In this document: positions 1 through 9,579 of the stretch, one piece after another | How the letters are laid out: every line of letters starts with the position of its first letter | Numbering within the stretch: position 1 is the first letter of the stretch | IMG/VR virus record: IMGVR_UViG_3300032233_002459 | Length of the DNA stretch: 64,000 nt | Origin: an uncultured virus (IMG/VR IMGVR_UViG_3300032233_002459) | Taxonomy: Duplodnaviria; Heunggongvirae; Uroviricota; Caudoviricetes | Strand: one strand, 5' to 3' | Position numbers and translations under genes: made by a program | The notes under the pieces: generated by a model | Database searches by the model: none | Seen by the model: only the letters and a program-made list of their open reading frames with translations | Told to the model about the DNA's origin: nothing

Positions 1-30
1 AAAACTTTAAGATCATTATTTCCACGAACT

Positions 31-336
31 ATGGAAGAAGATCCTTATGCTCCAGGAACAGTATTAGCCAGCATGATTAAATCTATAGGCATTCATATGA
101 GCGATAATTGTTCGTGTCGTAGACACGCATTAACCATGAATGCTAAAGGTAATGAGTGGTGTTCTCAAAATGTTGATACTATTGTTGGCTGGTTAAGAGA
201 AGAAGCTCAAAGAAGAGGCTTACCATTTGTTGATATGATTGGTAAAATATTAATTAATAGAGCTATTAAAAAGTCCACTAAATTATTAAACAATCAACCA
301 GTTCCTGATAATGATGAAGATCTAGATAAAGAATAA
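31..336 (+). CDS. Hypothetical phage protein with CxC motif (may begin upstream of the window)
   Basis: 101-aa ORF with NCSCRR and IVGWLREEAQRRGLPF; followed by a hairpin. Confidence 0.6.
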   Translation: MEEDPYAPGTVLASMIKSIGIHMSDNCSCRRHALTMNAKGNEWCSQNVDTIVGWLREEAQRRGLPFVDMIGKILINRAIKKSTKLLNNQPVPDNDEDLDKE

Positions 337-368
337 AGCCACATTATATTATTAATATGGCTTATTTT
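336..368. terminator. Probable intrinsic terminator between convergent ORFs
   Basis: Imperfect stem AAGCCA-c-ATTA / TAAT-a-TGGCTT followed by ATTTT. Confidence 0.45.
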
Positions 369-383
369 GGTGTATTAATTTAG
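369..383 (+). promoter_or_regulatory. Candidate phage late-promoter motif (GGTGTA plus AT-rich tract)
   Basis: GGTGTATTAATTTAG; same core recurs upstream of several late genes. Confidence 0.4.
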
Positions 384-402
384 ACCACACCTTCTGCATT
401 AA

Positions 403-603
403 TTATACTGCTGAAGTTCTTGGTCTGCCTCTTTTGCGTCCTAGTACCAGCTTGCGTCGTTGTCTTCGTACCATACTAATACTAATACTTTGACCAGAAA
501 TCTTGGATAGTGTCTCCGACATATCTTTATCTGTCATAGTATTATAGTTGGCACGAATAAATTCTAGATCAGTTTCTGTCCATTTTTTGTATGTTTTATT
601 CAT
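403..603 (-). CDS. Small basic HTH/Myb-like DNA-binding protein
   Basis: KWTETDLEFI start, helical core, C-terminal RKRGRPR (AT-hook-like). Confidence 0.65.
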   Translation of the reverse strand: MNKTYKKWTETDLEFIRANYNTMTDKDMSETLSKISGQSISISMVRRQRRKLVLGRKRGRPRTSAV

Positions 604-625
604 TATTAGTGTCTCACTTTACATT

Positions 626-645
626 GGTGTAACTTATCCTATAAT
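626..645 (+). promoter_or_regulatory. Candidate promoter for the sigma/packaging operon
   Basis: GGTGTAACTTATCCTATAAT in the intergenic gap. Confidence 0.4.
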
Positions 646-693
646 AATTATATAATAGGCCAGCTTTTTATCTATGCAACAAACGAGTTTTTT

Positions 694-858
694 ATGAACA
701 AAATTGTATATAATGTGGTTGGTTCCACAATAAAAGTTATAGCATCTTCTAAAGTAGATGTTACTAAGGACTTAGAACAAGAAGATATTCAGGAACATAA
801 AACTATAGCAGAATTACTTAATGAGCAAAAAACCGAACAATCCAATAATCAAAAATAA
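694..858 (+). CDS. Small hypothetical protein (54 aa, absent from the ORF track)
   Basis: ATG at 694 open to TAA at 856-858 (MNKIVYNVVGSTIKVIASSK...); fills the gap and overlaps the next gene. Confidence 0.5.
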   Translation: MNKIVYNVVGSTIKVIASSKVDVTKDLEQEDIQEHKTIAELLNEQKTEQSNNQK

Positions 859-1444
859 TACTGTTTCAGAAGAAGATTTTCTTAGAACATTAGATATTAT
901 AACTAAAAAATTAGTTTATAAATTTAAATTTGGATATCATGATGTTGATGATATGAAACAACAAGCAGCAATTTTTGCTATTGAAGGACTAGAAAAATAT
1001 GATCATTCTAGGCCACTAGAAAATTTCTTATGGACACATGTTAGAAATCGTTTATTTAATTATAAAAGAGATCACTATCAAAGGCCCGATAAACCTTGTT
1101 TAACTTGTCCATTATATAGACCAAATAACGAAGAATCCGATTGCGCCCAGTTTAAAGATAAGTCTAATTGTCATGCTTATGAAATATGGTTTAAGCGCAA
1201 TAATAGTAAAAAGAATATTATGAAGCCAGGATACATGGAGAATAATGATCCAGTTCAACCATCTAATTTTATTAATAGCATAGCCAATCAGGATATTATT
1301 GACTATTTAGAAGATAATTTGCCCACTAAATATAGGGAAATTTATTTAAAACTAAAATATGGAGCTAAAATATCCAAGAACGATAAAACTAAACTACAAA
1401 ACTATATTAAAAATAATATTTTACCAAACTTTAAAAAAGATTAA
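821..1444 (+). CDS. Phage sigma-70-like factor with Cys-rich insertion
   Basis: Region-2-like DVDDMKQQAAIFAIEGLEKYD...LENFLWTHVRNRLFNYKRD; CLTC...C...C insert; short region-4-like LPTKYREIYLKL. Confidence 0.7.
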   Translation: MSKKPNNPIIKNNTVSEEDFLRTLDIITKKLVYKFKFGYHDVDDMKQQAAIFAIEGLEKYDHSRPLENFLWTHVRNRLFNYKRDHYQRPDKPCLTCPLYRPNNEESDCAQFKDKSNCHAYEIWFKRNNSKKNIMKPGYMENNDPVQPSNFINSIANQDIIDYLEDNLPTKYREIYLKLKYGAKISKNDKTKLQNYIKNNILPNFKKD

Positions 1445-1448
1445 TCCT

Positions 1449-2264
1449 ATGAGCAAAAAACGAGGACAGCTTAGTTTAGAAGAAGAAAAATATATTTCTG
1501 ACTATATAGAAACCACAAGCATAGAGGACATTGCTTCTGCATTAAATCGCACAACAGAACCAATTAAAAAATATATTGAGAGCAAAGCTTTATTACAACC
1601 CAAAGGAATTCAACAAGAAAATGAAATTCTTAAATTAAAATTAAGATCCAAGTCTTTTTGGATAGAAATTACCAGACAATTTGATACTGAAACGGGCGAA
1701 TTAGAATATTTTGAAAATACATGGGTTAATCTTATTAAACAATTCAGAGAAGACGTTTTGCCCGCAGAAGAACTACAAATTAAACAATTTATAACTATTG
1801 ATATTCTTATTAATCGAAGCATGAAAGAAAGAAAAAGACACATAGCGGAAACTGAAAAACTTCAAAAAGCTGTTGATCAAGAATACTCAAAAGAAGAAAG
1901 TGACCGAGATATTCCAAAGCTGGCCAATCTTGAAACTCAACTAAGTTTTGCCCGAAATAGCATAGCCAGTTATACTAACGAATATACTAAATTATTAAGT
2001 GAACAACAAAAAATTAGTAAAGATCTTAAGGCCACCAGAGAACAGCGAATTAAAAGAATCGAGGATGGTAAAAGTAGCTGGGCTGGTTTAATACGAATGC
2101 TTGAAGACGAAGAAATTAGAGAAAAAGAGGGTCGTCAATTAGAAATTCTAAAGATGGCCACCGACAAATTTAAAGGTAGCTTATATGACTTACACTCATA
2201 TCAAGATGGTCAGCTAGATAGACCAATTCTTAACGCAGAATCAGTGGCTAACGACGATGCGTAG
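1449..2264 (+). CDS. Coiled-coil protein with N-terminal HTH; possible terminase small subunit
   Basis: Likely start ATG 1449 (MSKKRGQ) just after the sigma stop; IEDIASALNRT HTH-like segment; upstream of the large terminase. Confidence 0.5.
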   Translation: MSKKRGQLSLEEEKYISDYIETTSIEDIASALNRTTEPIKKYIESKALLQPKGIQQENEILKLKLRSKSFWIEITRQFDTETGELEYFENTWVNLIKQFREDVLPAEELQIKQFITIDILINRSMKERKRHIAETEKLQKAVDQEYSKEESDRDIPKLANLETQLSFARNSIASYTNEYTKLLSEQQKISKDLKATREQRIKRIEDGKSSWAGLIRMLEDEEIREKEGRQLEILKMATDKFKGSLYDLHSYQDGQLDRPILNAESVANDDA

Positions 2265-2529
2265 ATTCTATGATAAACAATATAAAGAATGGATCAAATC
2301 TATTTTTAAAAGAGATGACCATAAATGTAAGTGGCCCCACTGCTCTCAGCCTCATAAAAAATTAAATGCTCACCATATAAAAAAATGGTCAGATTATCCC
2401 GGCTTAAGATTTCATCCATCCAACGGAATAACACTTTGCAAATATCATCATGATTTAATTAAAAATAATGAAGAAAACTACGAGCTATTCTTTTTAAAAC
2501 TATTATTAAATAATGACATCAACAAATAA
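2257..2529 (+). CDS. HNH endonuclease (packaging-associated type)
   Basis: RDDHKCKWPHC...AHHIK...NGITLCKYHH. Confidence 0.85.
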   Translation: MRRFYDKQYKEWIKSIFKRDDHKCKWPHCSQPHKKLNAHHIKKWSDYPGLRFHPSNGITLCKYHHDLIKNNEENYELFFLKLLLNNDINK

Positions 2530-3196
2530 CCCCTATCTGTATAATTTTATATTATCTTCTTATTTTATTAATTATGATTATAACTATGATGCTATATTAG
2601 GTTTAGATAGTGCTTTACCATTATATCTATTTAACTATTCCAAAGATTTATTTTTTACATATCCAACAACATTTGAAACTTGCTCCTTAGTAACAGATTC
2701 TGATCTATTTGTTAACATATGTTATAGTCTGATTCATAACTTTCAACCAGTGGCCCACATAGGATATGTTGATCAAATTTTAACATTTAAATATTTACAT
2801 AAATTTAATTTTAGTATTTATAATATGAATAATGATTTATATTACAAAGAACTTTATAATAATGAATATCATACTTTACCATATAATGGTTTAAATTTTA
2901 ATATTCCTAAAATAGAAGCTGTTATAGCATACTGTATTCATAAGTATACTATCTACGATAAAGATATCAAATATTTAATAGATACTTTAATTTTATCTGG
3001 AATATATAAAACTCGTCTAGTATATAATAATGTATTAATTAATCTATTAAAGCTTAATGTAAACTTAAAAATAACATTAAAGTCATTAATAAAAGATATT
3101 AAACGACTACAAGAACTAGAAATACAGAATCTTCCACTACAATATAGTATTATTAAACAAAGATCCTTAGAGTTATTAGAGTTTTGTTATGGATAG
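2513..3196 (+). CDS. Hypothetical protein, very AT-rich
   Basis: 227-aa ORF overlapping both neighbours; no recognisable motif. Confidence 0.45.
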   Translation: MTSTNNPYLYNFILSSYFINYDYNYDAILGLDSALPLYLFNYSKDLFFTYPTTFETCSLVTDSDLFVNICYSLIHNFQPVAHIGYVDQILTFKYLHKFNFSIYNMNNDLYYKELYNNEYHTLPYNGLNFNIPKIEAVIAYCIHKYTIYDKDIKYLIDTLILSGIYKTRLVYNNVLINLLKLNVNLKITLKSLIKDIKRLQELEIQNLPLQYSIIKQRSLELLEFCYG

Positions 3197-3665
3197 TAAA
3201 TATACTTTTAATATTATTATTGATACTAGAGAACAAAAGCCATGGGCTTTTGCATCTTGTAATACTATTAAGAAAAAGCTTGATACCGGAGATTATTCTA
3301 TAGATGGACTTGAGAATATGCTTTGTATTGAGCGTAAAAATTCTGTTAGTGAAATAGCTAATAATATGTCAGAACCACGCTTTAAAGATGAATTAGATAG
3401 AATGTCTAACTATCTTTATAAATTTATATTACTAGAATTTAGTTTACAAGATGTATTGAACTATCCACGAGGATCTAATGTGCCATCAAAAGTGTGGAGC
3501 AAAATTAAAATAAGGCCACCATATATTCTTAAATATTTAACAGAACTACAAACTAAATATAATATTCATGTAATTTTTTGCGACAATCCTATAGCAGCAG
3601 AAGAGATGGCTTTTTCTATTATTAAAAGAGTAAACGAGATGCATACTTATGGCAGATCATCATGA
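3189..3665 (+). CDS. ERCC4/XPF-family structure-specific nuclease
   Basis: IIDTREQ, LDTGDY and CIERK motifs. Confidence 0.85.
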   Translation: MDSKYTFNIIIDTREQKPWAFASCNTIKKKLDTGDYSIDGLENMLCIERKNSVSEIANNMSEPRFKDELDRMSNYLYKFILLEFSLQDVLNYPRGSNVPSKVWSKIKIRPPYILKYLTELQTKYNIHVIFCDNPIAAEEMAFSIIKRVNEMHTYGRSS

Positions 3666-5676
3666 ATTAGATAATGCCTGGTTAAAACTAGGCAATATTA
3701 ATACTTTATCACTACCTAATAATTTAATGATTCATAGGGCTCAAAAAGATATTGAGAATCCCGATCAACATTTATTAAGAATAATGAGAAATCCTGCTAA
3801 TTTTAGTATTACTGCTAGACTATTAATGGATATTGAATTGCATCCTATTCAACTAGCTATTTTAGAAGAATTTTGGAGCAGGCCATTTCCAATGTTTATT
3901 GCTAGCCGAGGTTTTGGTAAATCTTTTATACTAGCATTATATTGTACATTAAAATGTATTTTTATACCAGGAACAAAAATTGTTATAGTTGGTGCAGCAT
4001 TTAGACAAAGTAAAGTTATTTTTGAATACATGGAAACTATATGGAGAAAATCATCTATTATACGGAGTATTTTTAGTGGTAATGATGATGGACCCAGACG
4101 AGATGTTGATAGATGCACCATGAGATATGGAGATAGTTGGGCCATTGCTATTCCTCTGGGAGACGGAAGTAAAATTAGAGGTTTAAGAGCACATATTATT
4201 ATTGCCGACGAATTTGCATCAATATCTCCAGAAGTATATGAAACCGTGGTATCAGGATTTGCTGCTGTATCTGCCGATCCTATTGGTAATGTTAAGGCAG
4301 AAGCTAAAAAAGACTTAATGAAAGAGCTGGGTATATGGTCCGAAGAAATGGAAGAATTTCAATATAGACGCAGTAATCAAGCTATCGTAGCCGGAACAGC
4401 AGACTATTCTTTTAAACATTTTGCTGCTTACTGGGAAAGATACAAATCTATTATTCAAAGTCGTGGGGACGATAAAAAATTATCTGAATTATTTAAAGGC
4501 GAAGTTCCGTCTAATTTTAATTGGAAGGACTATAGTATAGTTAGAATGCCTTATGAACTTATACCAAAAGGCTTCATGGATGATAGACAAGTTGCTAGAG
4601 CCAAAGCTACTATTCATAGTGGCATATATAATATGGAATATGCAGCGTGTTTTACAAAAGATAGTAGTGGATTTTTTCGTAGAAGTTTAATAGAAAGCTG
4701 TGTGGCTAATATTAAAAATCCTATTACAATTAATAATCAAAATATAGTATTTGATGCTAAAATAGCAGGAGATTCTGATAAAAAATATATTTATGGTATA
4801 GACCCAGCTAGCGAACAAGATAATTTTAGTATAGTAGTTATAGAAATTCATCCTAATCATAGTAGAATTGTTTATTGTTGGACCACTAATAGATCAAATT
4901 TTAAACAACGACAACAAACAGGATTAATAAACGAAAATGATTTTTATGGTTTTTGTGCTAGAAAAATTAGAAATTTAATGAAAGTATTTCCATGTGAATA
5001 TATAGGAATTGATGCTCAGGGAGGAGGCGTTGCTATAGAAGAAGCTTTACACGATACTAGCAAAATTAATCCTGATGAATTGCCAATTTGGCCAATTATT
5101 GACCTAAATAAAAGCAAAGACACTGATAATAAGGCAGGATTGCACATTTTACATCTAATTCAATTTGCTAGAGCAGAGTGGACTAGTCATGCTAATCATG
5201 GTCTTAGAAAAGATTTTGAAGATAAAGTATTATTATTCCCATCATTTGATAATTTAACACTAGGATTAGCTTTAGCTAATGAGTCTAAAGATATAATTGG
5301 TAGTGATTTAGACCCAATTTATGATACTTTAAGCGAATGTATTCTAGAAATAGAAGAACTTAAAAATGAGTTAACAACTATTGTTATGACTCAAACTAGT
5401 AATAATTCCGGAGCTAGAGAAAGATGGGACACACCAGAAGTAAAGGGTTCTAATGGCAAAAGAGGAAGATTAAGAAAAGACCGATATAGTGCTTTAGTAA
5501 TAGCTAATTCTATAGCACGATCCGTAAGCAGGGCCGATGCTCCAGTTTCTTATGATGTTATCGGATCAACCAAAGAGAATTATTATTCTGACACCGATAA
5601 AACCTTATACAGAGGGCCGTCATGGTTCACAAATTCTGCTAATAGCGATTTATACCTTGGTATTTATAAAAAATAG
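3649..5676 (+). CDS. terL: Terminase large subunit
   Basis: Walker A ASRGFGKS, Walker B IIIADE, nuclease motifs GIDPA, IDAQGGG, KDRYSAL. Confidence 0.92.
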   Translation: MADHHELDNAWLKLGNINTLSLPNNLMIHRAQKDIENPDQHLLRIMRNPANFSITARLLMDIELHPIQLAILEEFWSRPFPMFIASRGFGKSFILALYCTLKCIFIPGTKIVIVGAAFRQSKVIFEYMETIWRKSSIIRSIFSGNDDGPRRDVDRCTMRYGDSWAIAIPLGDGSKIRGLRAHIIIADEFASISPEVYETVVSGFAAVSADPIGNVKAEAKKDLMKELGIWSEEMEEFQYRRSNQAIVAGTADYSFKHFAAYWERYKSIIQSRGDDKKLSELFKGEVPSNFNWKDYSIVRMPYELIPKGFMDDRQVARAKATIHSGIYNMEYAACFTKDSSGFFRRSLIESCVANIKNPITINNQNIVFDAKIAGDSDKKYIYGIDPASEQDNFSIVVIEIHPNHSRIVYCWTTNRSNFKQRQQTGLINENDFYGFCARKIRNLMKVFPCEYIGIDAQGGGVAIEEALHDTSKINPDELPIWPIIDLNKSKDTDNKAGLHILHLIQFARAEWTSHANHGLRKDFEDKVLLFPSFDNLTLGLALANESKDIIGSDLDPIYDTLSECILEIEELKNELTTIVMTQTSNNSGARERWDTPEVKGSNGKRGRLRKDRYSALVIANSIARSVSRADAPVSYDVIGSTKENYYSDTDKTLYRGPSWFTNSANSDLYLGIYKK

Positions 5677-5690
5677 TGTATTATAAAATA
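5675..5690 (+). promoter_or_regulatory. Candidate late promoter upstream of portal
   Basis: AGTGTATTATAAAATA, about 55 nt before the portal ATG. Confidence 0.5.
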
Positions 5691-5731
5691 TAAAATCTAT
5701 AATCCTATTATAATAGAAATGCAATACAACT

Positions 5732-7954
5732 ATGCCCAAAAAACAACCCGGAAAGAACAATAGTATTCCTGACGCAGATCCTAATGCCGATAAGGTTGAA
5801 GCTTATGTTACATGGGGTGATGATTTAGATTCTAAAAAAAGCGCTTTAAATGAATCTTCAGCATCTTTAAACGAATATGATGGCATTCATAGAACTACTG
5901 GTTACGCCAGATATAGTAGAGATTTTTCTAATTTAACAGAAAATACATCTGGTAGACCAGGATTAACTAGATCAGACTATGACTATTTTAGACCAAGCGA
6001 ATCTGTTCCAACTCAAATCAAAAATATTATTCGTACTGCTGATATTGTTTATCAAAGAGTTGGTTTAGTAAAAAATGTTATTGACTTGATGGGTGATTTT
6101 GCAAGTCAGGGCATACGATTAGTACACAGAACCAAGAAAGTGGAGAGATTCTATCGTAATTGGTTCCAAAAGGTTCATGGACAAGAAAGATCAGAAAGAT
6201 TTTTAAATAATGTTTATCGTGTTGGAAATGTAGTTATCAATAGACAAACAGCAAAAATTTCTAAAAAAACTTCTGATAATCTATATAAAGCATCAGGCAG
6301 AGCTGATATATCATTGTATGAGGATGATATTATTATTGAAAAAAGGGAAATACCATGGAAATATACTTTTATAGATCCTTATTACGTTGACGTAATTGGT
6401 GATAGTTTATCGTCATTCGTTGGGAAAAGAATTTATGAAATTCAATTGCCAGGACAATTACGCAAAACTATTAATAGTCCAAAGAATGATCTAGAAAGAA
6501 ATATTATCTCACAACTACCAGAAGATATTTTACAAGCAGCCAAAAATAAAACTTCTTATGTTCTAGATGCCGATAAAACTTTAGTATTTCATTATAAAAA
6601 AGACGATTGGCAAATTTGGGCCTATCCAATGATATATGCTATTATGGACGATATAAATATTATCGAGAAGCTTAAATTAGCAGACTTAGCCGCTCTTGAT
6701 GGAGCCATTTCTAATATTCGTATTTTTAAATTAGGTAGTTTAGAACATAAAATTGCTCCTACAAAAGCAGCAGCATCAAAACTATCCAATATTTTACAAA
6801 ACAATGTTGGTGGTGGTACAATGGATTTAATTTGGGGGCCAGATATTGAGCTTATAGAAAGCAAAACTGCTGTTCATCAATTTCTTGGAGAAGCTAAATA
6901 TACTCCACACTTAAATAGTATTTATGCTGGATTAGGAATTCCTCCAACATTAACAGGAACATACGGAGCATCAGGAACAACCAATAATTTTATTAGTCTC
7001 AAAACTTTAACACAAAGATTAGAATATGGTCGTAGAGTTCTTACAGAATTTTGGACCAGAGAGATAGAGATAGTACAAAAAGCTATGGGTTTCAAATACC
7101 CAGCAAAAATAGAATTTGATAGAATGGATTTAAGTAATGAAGATACAGAAAAAGCATTACTAATTCAATTAGCTGACCGTAATCTTATTAGTGACGAATT
7201 ACTCCAAACAATCTTTGGCTTTGATCCAGATATGGAAAAGAATAGAATTAATCGTGAAAATAGAGAAAGAACATCACAAAGAAGAGTTCCCAAAGCTGGT
7301 CCTTGGAATGATCCAGAATTTGAGAATAGTCTTAAAAAGATTGTATTACAAACTGGCGTTGCTACCCCAAGTCAAGTTGGATTAGATTTAGAAACTAAGA
7401 AAAAGGGAGAAAAAACATTATACGATCTAAAAATGGAGACTGCGCCTAAACCGCTAGCCAATCCTTCTTCTCTTGTTCCTACAACGAAGTTGGTAAAAGA
7501 TTCGTCAGAATCTTTACCAGGAGTTCCAGGTCAGGGTAGACCCAAAATGTCCAAAGATACTGAAAAACGTAAGACTAAAACATTTAAACCTCGTACTGGG
7601 GCCACATTAAATATCTGGGCGCAAGAAGCTCAAGATAAAATTAGCACAATTATTAACCCACTAATTTTAGAATATTTTAATAAAAAAAATCTTAGATCTT
7701 TATCGAGCGATGAATCCAAATACTTAGAAAATCTTAAAACACAAGTATTATTTTCTCTTGAGCCATTTACTACTATTGATGATAGTAAAATTACCCATCA
7801 TATTAAAGCATCGGAAAATCAAGCTAAAAAACTAATATCGGGGTATGAATATTGGTTAAGATGTATAGGTAATGATCTTAATAGACCAATAACTATAGAT
7901 GAACAAAAAATAATTAAATCAATATATTATTCTAATATTTATAACAACACCTAA
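5732..7954 (+). CDS. Portal protein
   Basis: 740 aa between terminase and protease; portal-like LVKNVIDLM and IYAGLGIPPTL segments; low-complexity C-terminal part with GRP. Confidence 0.8.
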   Translation: MPKKQPGKNNSIPDADPNADKVEAYVTWGDDLDSKKSALNESSASLNEYDGIHRTTGYARYSRDFSNLTENTSGRPGLTRSDYDYFRPSESVPTQIKNIIRTADIVYQRVGLVKNVIDLMGDFASQGIRLVHRTKKVERFYRNWFQKVHGQERSERFLNNVYRVGNVVINRQTAKISKKTSDNLYKASGRADISLYEDDIIIEKREIPWKYTFIDPYYVDVIGDSLSSFVGKRIYEIQLPGQLRKTINSPKNDLERNIISQLPEDILQAAKNKTSYVLDADKTLVFHYKKDDWQIWAYPMIYAIMDDINIIEKLKLADLAALDGAISNIRIFKLGSLEHKIAPTKAAASKLSNILQNNVGGGTMDLIWGPDIELIESKTAVHQFLGEAKYTPHLNSIYAGLGIPPTLTGTYGASGTTNNFISLKTLTQRLEYGRRVLTEFWTREIEIVQKAMGFKYPAKIEFDRMDLSNEDTEKALLIQLADRNLISDELLQTIFGFDPDMEKNRINRENRERTSQRRVPKAGPWNDPEFENSLKKIVLQTGVATPSQVGLDLETKKKGEKTLYDLKMETAPKPLANPSSLVPTTKLVKDSSESLPGVPGQGRPKMSKDTEKRKTKTFKPRTGATLNIWAQEAQDKISTIINPLILEYFNKKNLRSLSSDESKYLENLKTQVLFSLEPFTTIDDSKITHHIKASENQAKKLISGYEYWLRCIGNDLNRPITIDEQKIIKSIYYSNIYNNT

Positions 7955-7965
7955 GAGATATTATT

Positions 7966-9579
7966 ATGCATATTTATGAACACGAATATAATGATGGCAT
8001 AGCTGATAAAATATTGGCTAAAACTTCTTTAGCTTATTCGACCGAAGTTCAACTCTGCACAAAAAATGATATTAATTTTTCTAGAGCAAACTCAAATGAG
8101 TATAAAAAAACTGTAAGTAATTTTAAGGACGAAGATCTTTATTATGTTCAATCCATATTAGTATCTTCTTCATGGAATAAAAATGATGATATTTTTGATA
8201 AAAAAGAAGTTTGGGCAGCAAGATCGACTCCTGAAGATAAGCCAACAAATTTAGAACATCAAGAAGATCTTATAGTTGGTCATATAATTTCTAATTGGCC
8301 CATAGACATTGATGGTAATACTATTTCAGAAAATATTAGTATTGATAGTTTACCAGATAAATTTCATATAGTAACAGGATCCGTTATATATCGTAATTTT
8401 GTTTCTCCAGAGCTAAAAAATAGATCGAATATGCTAATCGAACAGATCGAGGCTGGACAAAAATATGTAAGTATGGAATGTTTTTTCGATAATTTTGATT
8501 ATGGTATTATTCATAAAAGTACTGGAGAATACAAAATATTAAAGAGAGATGATAATACATCTTACTTAACAAAACACTTAAGAGCATACGGTGGTCTTGG
8601 CGAATATGATAATTATAAAATTGGTAGAGTATTAAGAAATATAAACTTTTCTGGTAAAGGATTTGTTGATAAACCAGCTAATCCAGATAGTATTATTTTT
8701 GAAAATGATATTACTAGAAAAATTCTTAAACCTAAAAATGTCCATTTTGATAATAATAGTGTATCTAATTTAACAGAATCCCTTAACCAGGAGAACGATA
8801 AAATGAGTTTAGAAACAGACATGCAATCACCACAAAATAAAGATGAATCAATGAGTAATTGTGCCGCTTTAATTAAAGACGTGTACAATCGTAATAATGA
8901 ACTAGAAACCATGCTCAAAGATTCAGATACAGCAATGAAGAAAATGTATAGCGACATGCTTACTAAAGATGAAGAAGTCGCAGCTAAGGATAAGCAGCTC
9001 GAAGAATATAAAAACAAGATGCAATATGATGTAGCTGCTGCTGAAGAAGTAAAAGCCTCAGAGATTCAAACTTTAGTAGAATCTCATAACGAAGTTGTTA
9101 AGGCTAAAGATCTTGAAATTGAATCATTAAAATCTGATCTTGTTACTGCTAATGATATTCTTGATGCTTATAAAGCTAAAGAGGCAGAAATGATTAGACA
9201 ACATAAAATTATGAGCAGAGTTACAGAACTTGTTCAGGCTGGTGTGGATAATTCAGTAGCAGAATCTACTGTTAGTAAATTTGAAGCACTAGATGACGAG
9301 TCATTTGCCACTATTAAATCTTTGGTACTCTCTCATATGCCGGAGTGGGTTAAGCCATCAGCATCAGTTGATGCTAATAGCGAAACATCTGCCGAGGTAA
9401 CTGAAGAGAAAACCGAGTCAACTGTAACGGAAGATGTTTTAGAAACAGCCGAAGTTGAACCCGGAGTTGATCTTAGCGTTGGTAGTGAAGATGACTCAGA
9501 AGTACAAAATACTAGAGCATCACTAATAGATTTTGTATATTCTAGACTAGGCAAACCACAATTAAATAAGGGAGAATGA
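7966..9579 (+). CDS. Prohead protease fused to scaffold-like coiled coil
   Basis: NKNDDIF, NLEH, VSMEC and GFVDKPANP motifs in the N half; acidic coiled coil in the C half; just upstream of capsid genes. Confidence 0.75.
   Translation: MHIYEHEYNDGIADKILAKTSLAYSTEVQLCTKNDINFSRANSNEYKKTVSNFKDEDLYYVQSILVSSSWNKNDDIFDKKEVWAARSTPEDKPTNLEHQEDLIVGHIISNWPIDIDGNTISENISIDSLPDKFHIVTGSVIYRNFVSPELKNRSNMLIEQIEAGQKYVSMECFFDNFDYGIIHKSTGEYKILKRDDNTSYLTKHLRAYGGLGEYDNYKIGRVLRNINFSGKGFVDKPANPDSIIFENDITRKILKPKNVHFDNNSVSNLTESLNQENDKMSLETDMQSPQNKDESMSNCAALIKDVYNRNNELETMLKDSDTAMKKMYSDMLTKDEEVAAKDKQLEEYKNKMQYDVAAAEEVKASEIQTLVESHNEVVKAKDLEIESLKSDLVTANDILDAYKAKEAEMIRQHKIMSRVTELVQAGVDNSVAESTVSKFEALDDESFATIKSLVLSHMPEWVKPSASVDANSETSAEVTEEKTESTVTEDVLETAEVEPGVDLSVGSEDDSEVQNTRASLIDFVYSRLGKPQLNKGE
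8803..9579 (+). CDS. Probable nested in-frame scaffold protein
   Basis: In-frame ATG 8803 (Met280) preceded by AGGAGAA at 8789-8795 and AGTGTA at 8758. Confidence 0.55.
   Translation: MSLETDMQSPQNKDESMSNCAALIKDVYNRNNELETMLKDSDTAMKKMYSDMLTKDEEVAAKDKQLEEYKNKMQYDVAAAEEVKASEIQTLVESHNEVVKAKDLEIESLKSDLVTANDILDAYKAKEAEMIRQHKIMSRVTELVQAGVDNSVAESTVSKFEALDDESFATIKSLVLSHMPEWVKPSASVDANSETSAEVTEEKTESTVTEDVLETAEVEPGVDLSVGSEDDSEVQNTRASLIDFVYSRLGKPQLNKGE

Noticed and set aside
1359..1448. Longer starts in the ORF track (1359, 17070, 47702, 48184, 54279, 59634)
   Set aside because: They overlap upstream genes or regulatory elements; downstream ATGs have better RBS or stop-start coupling
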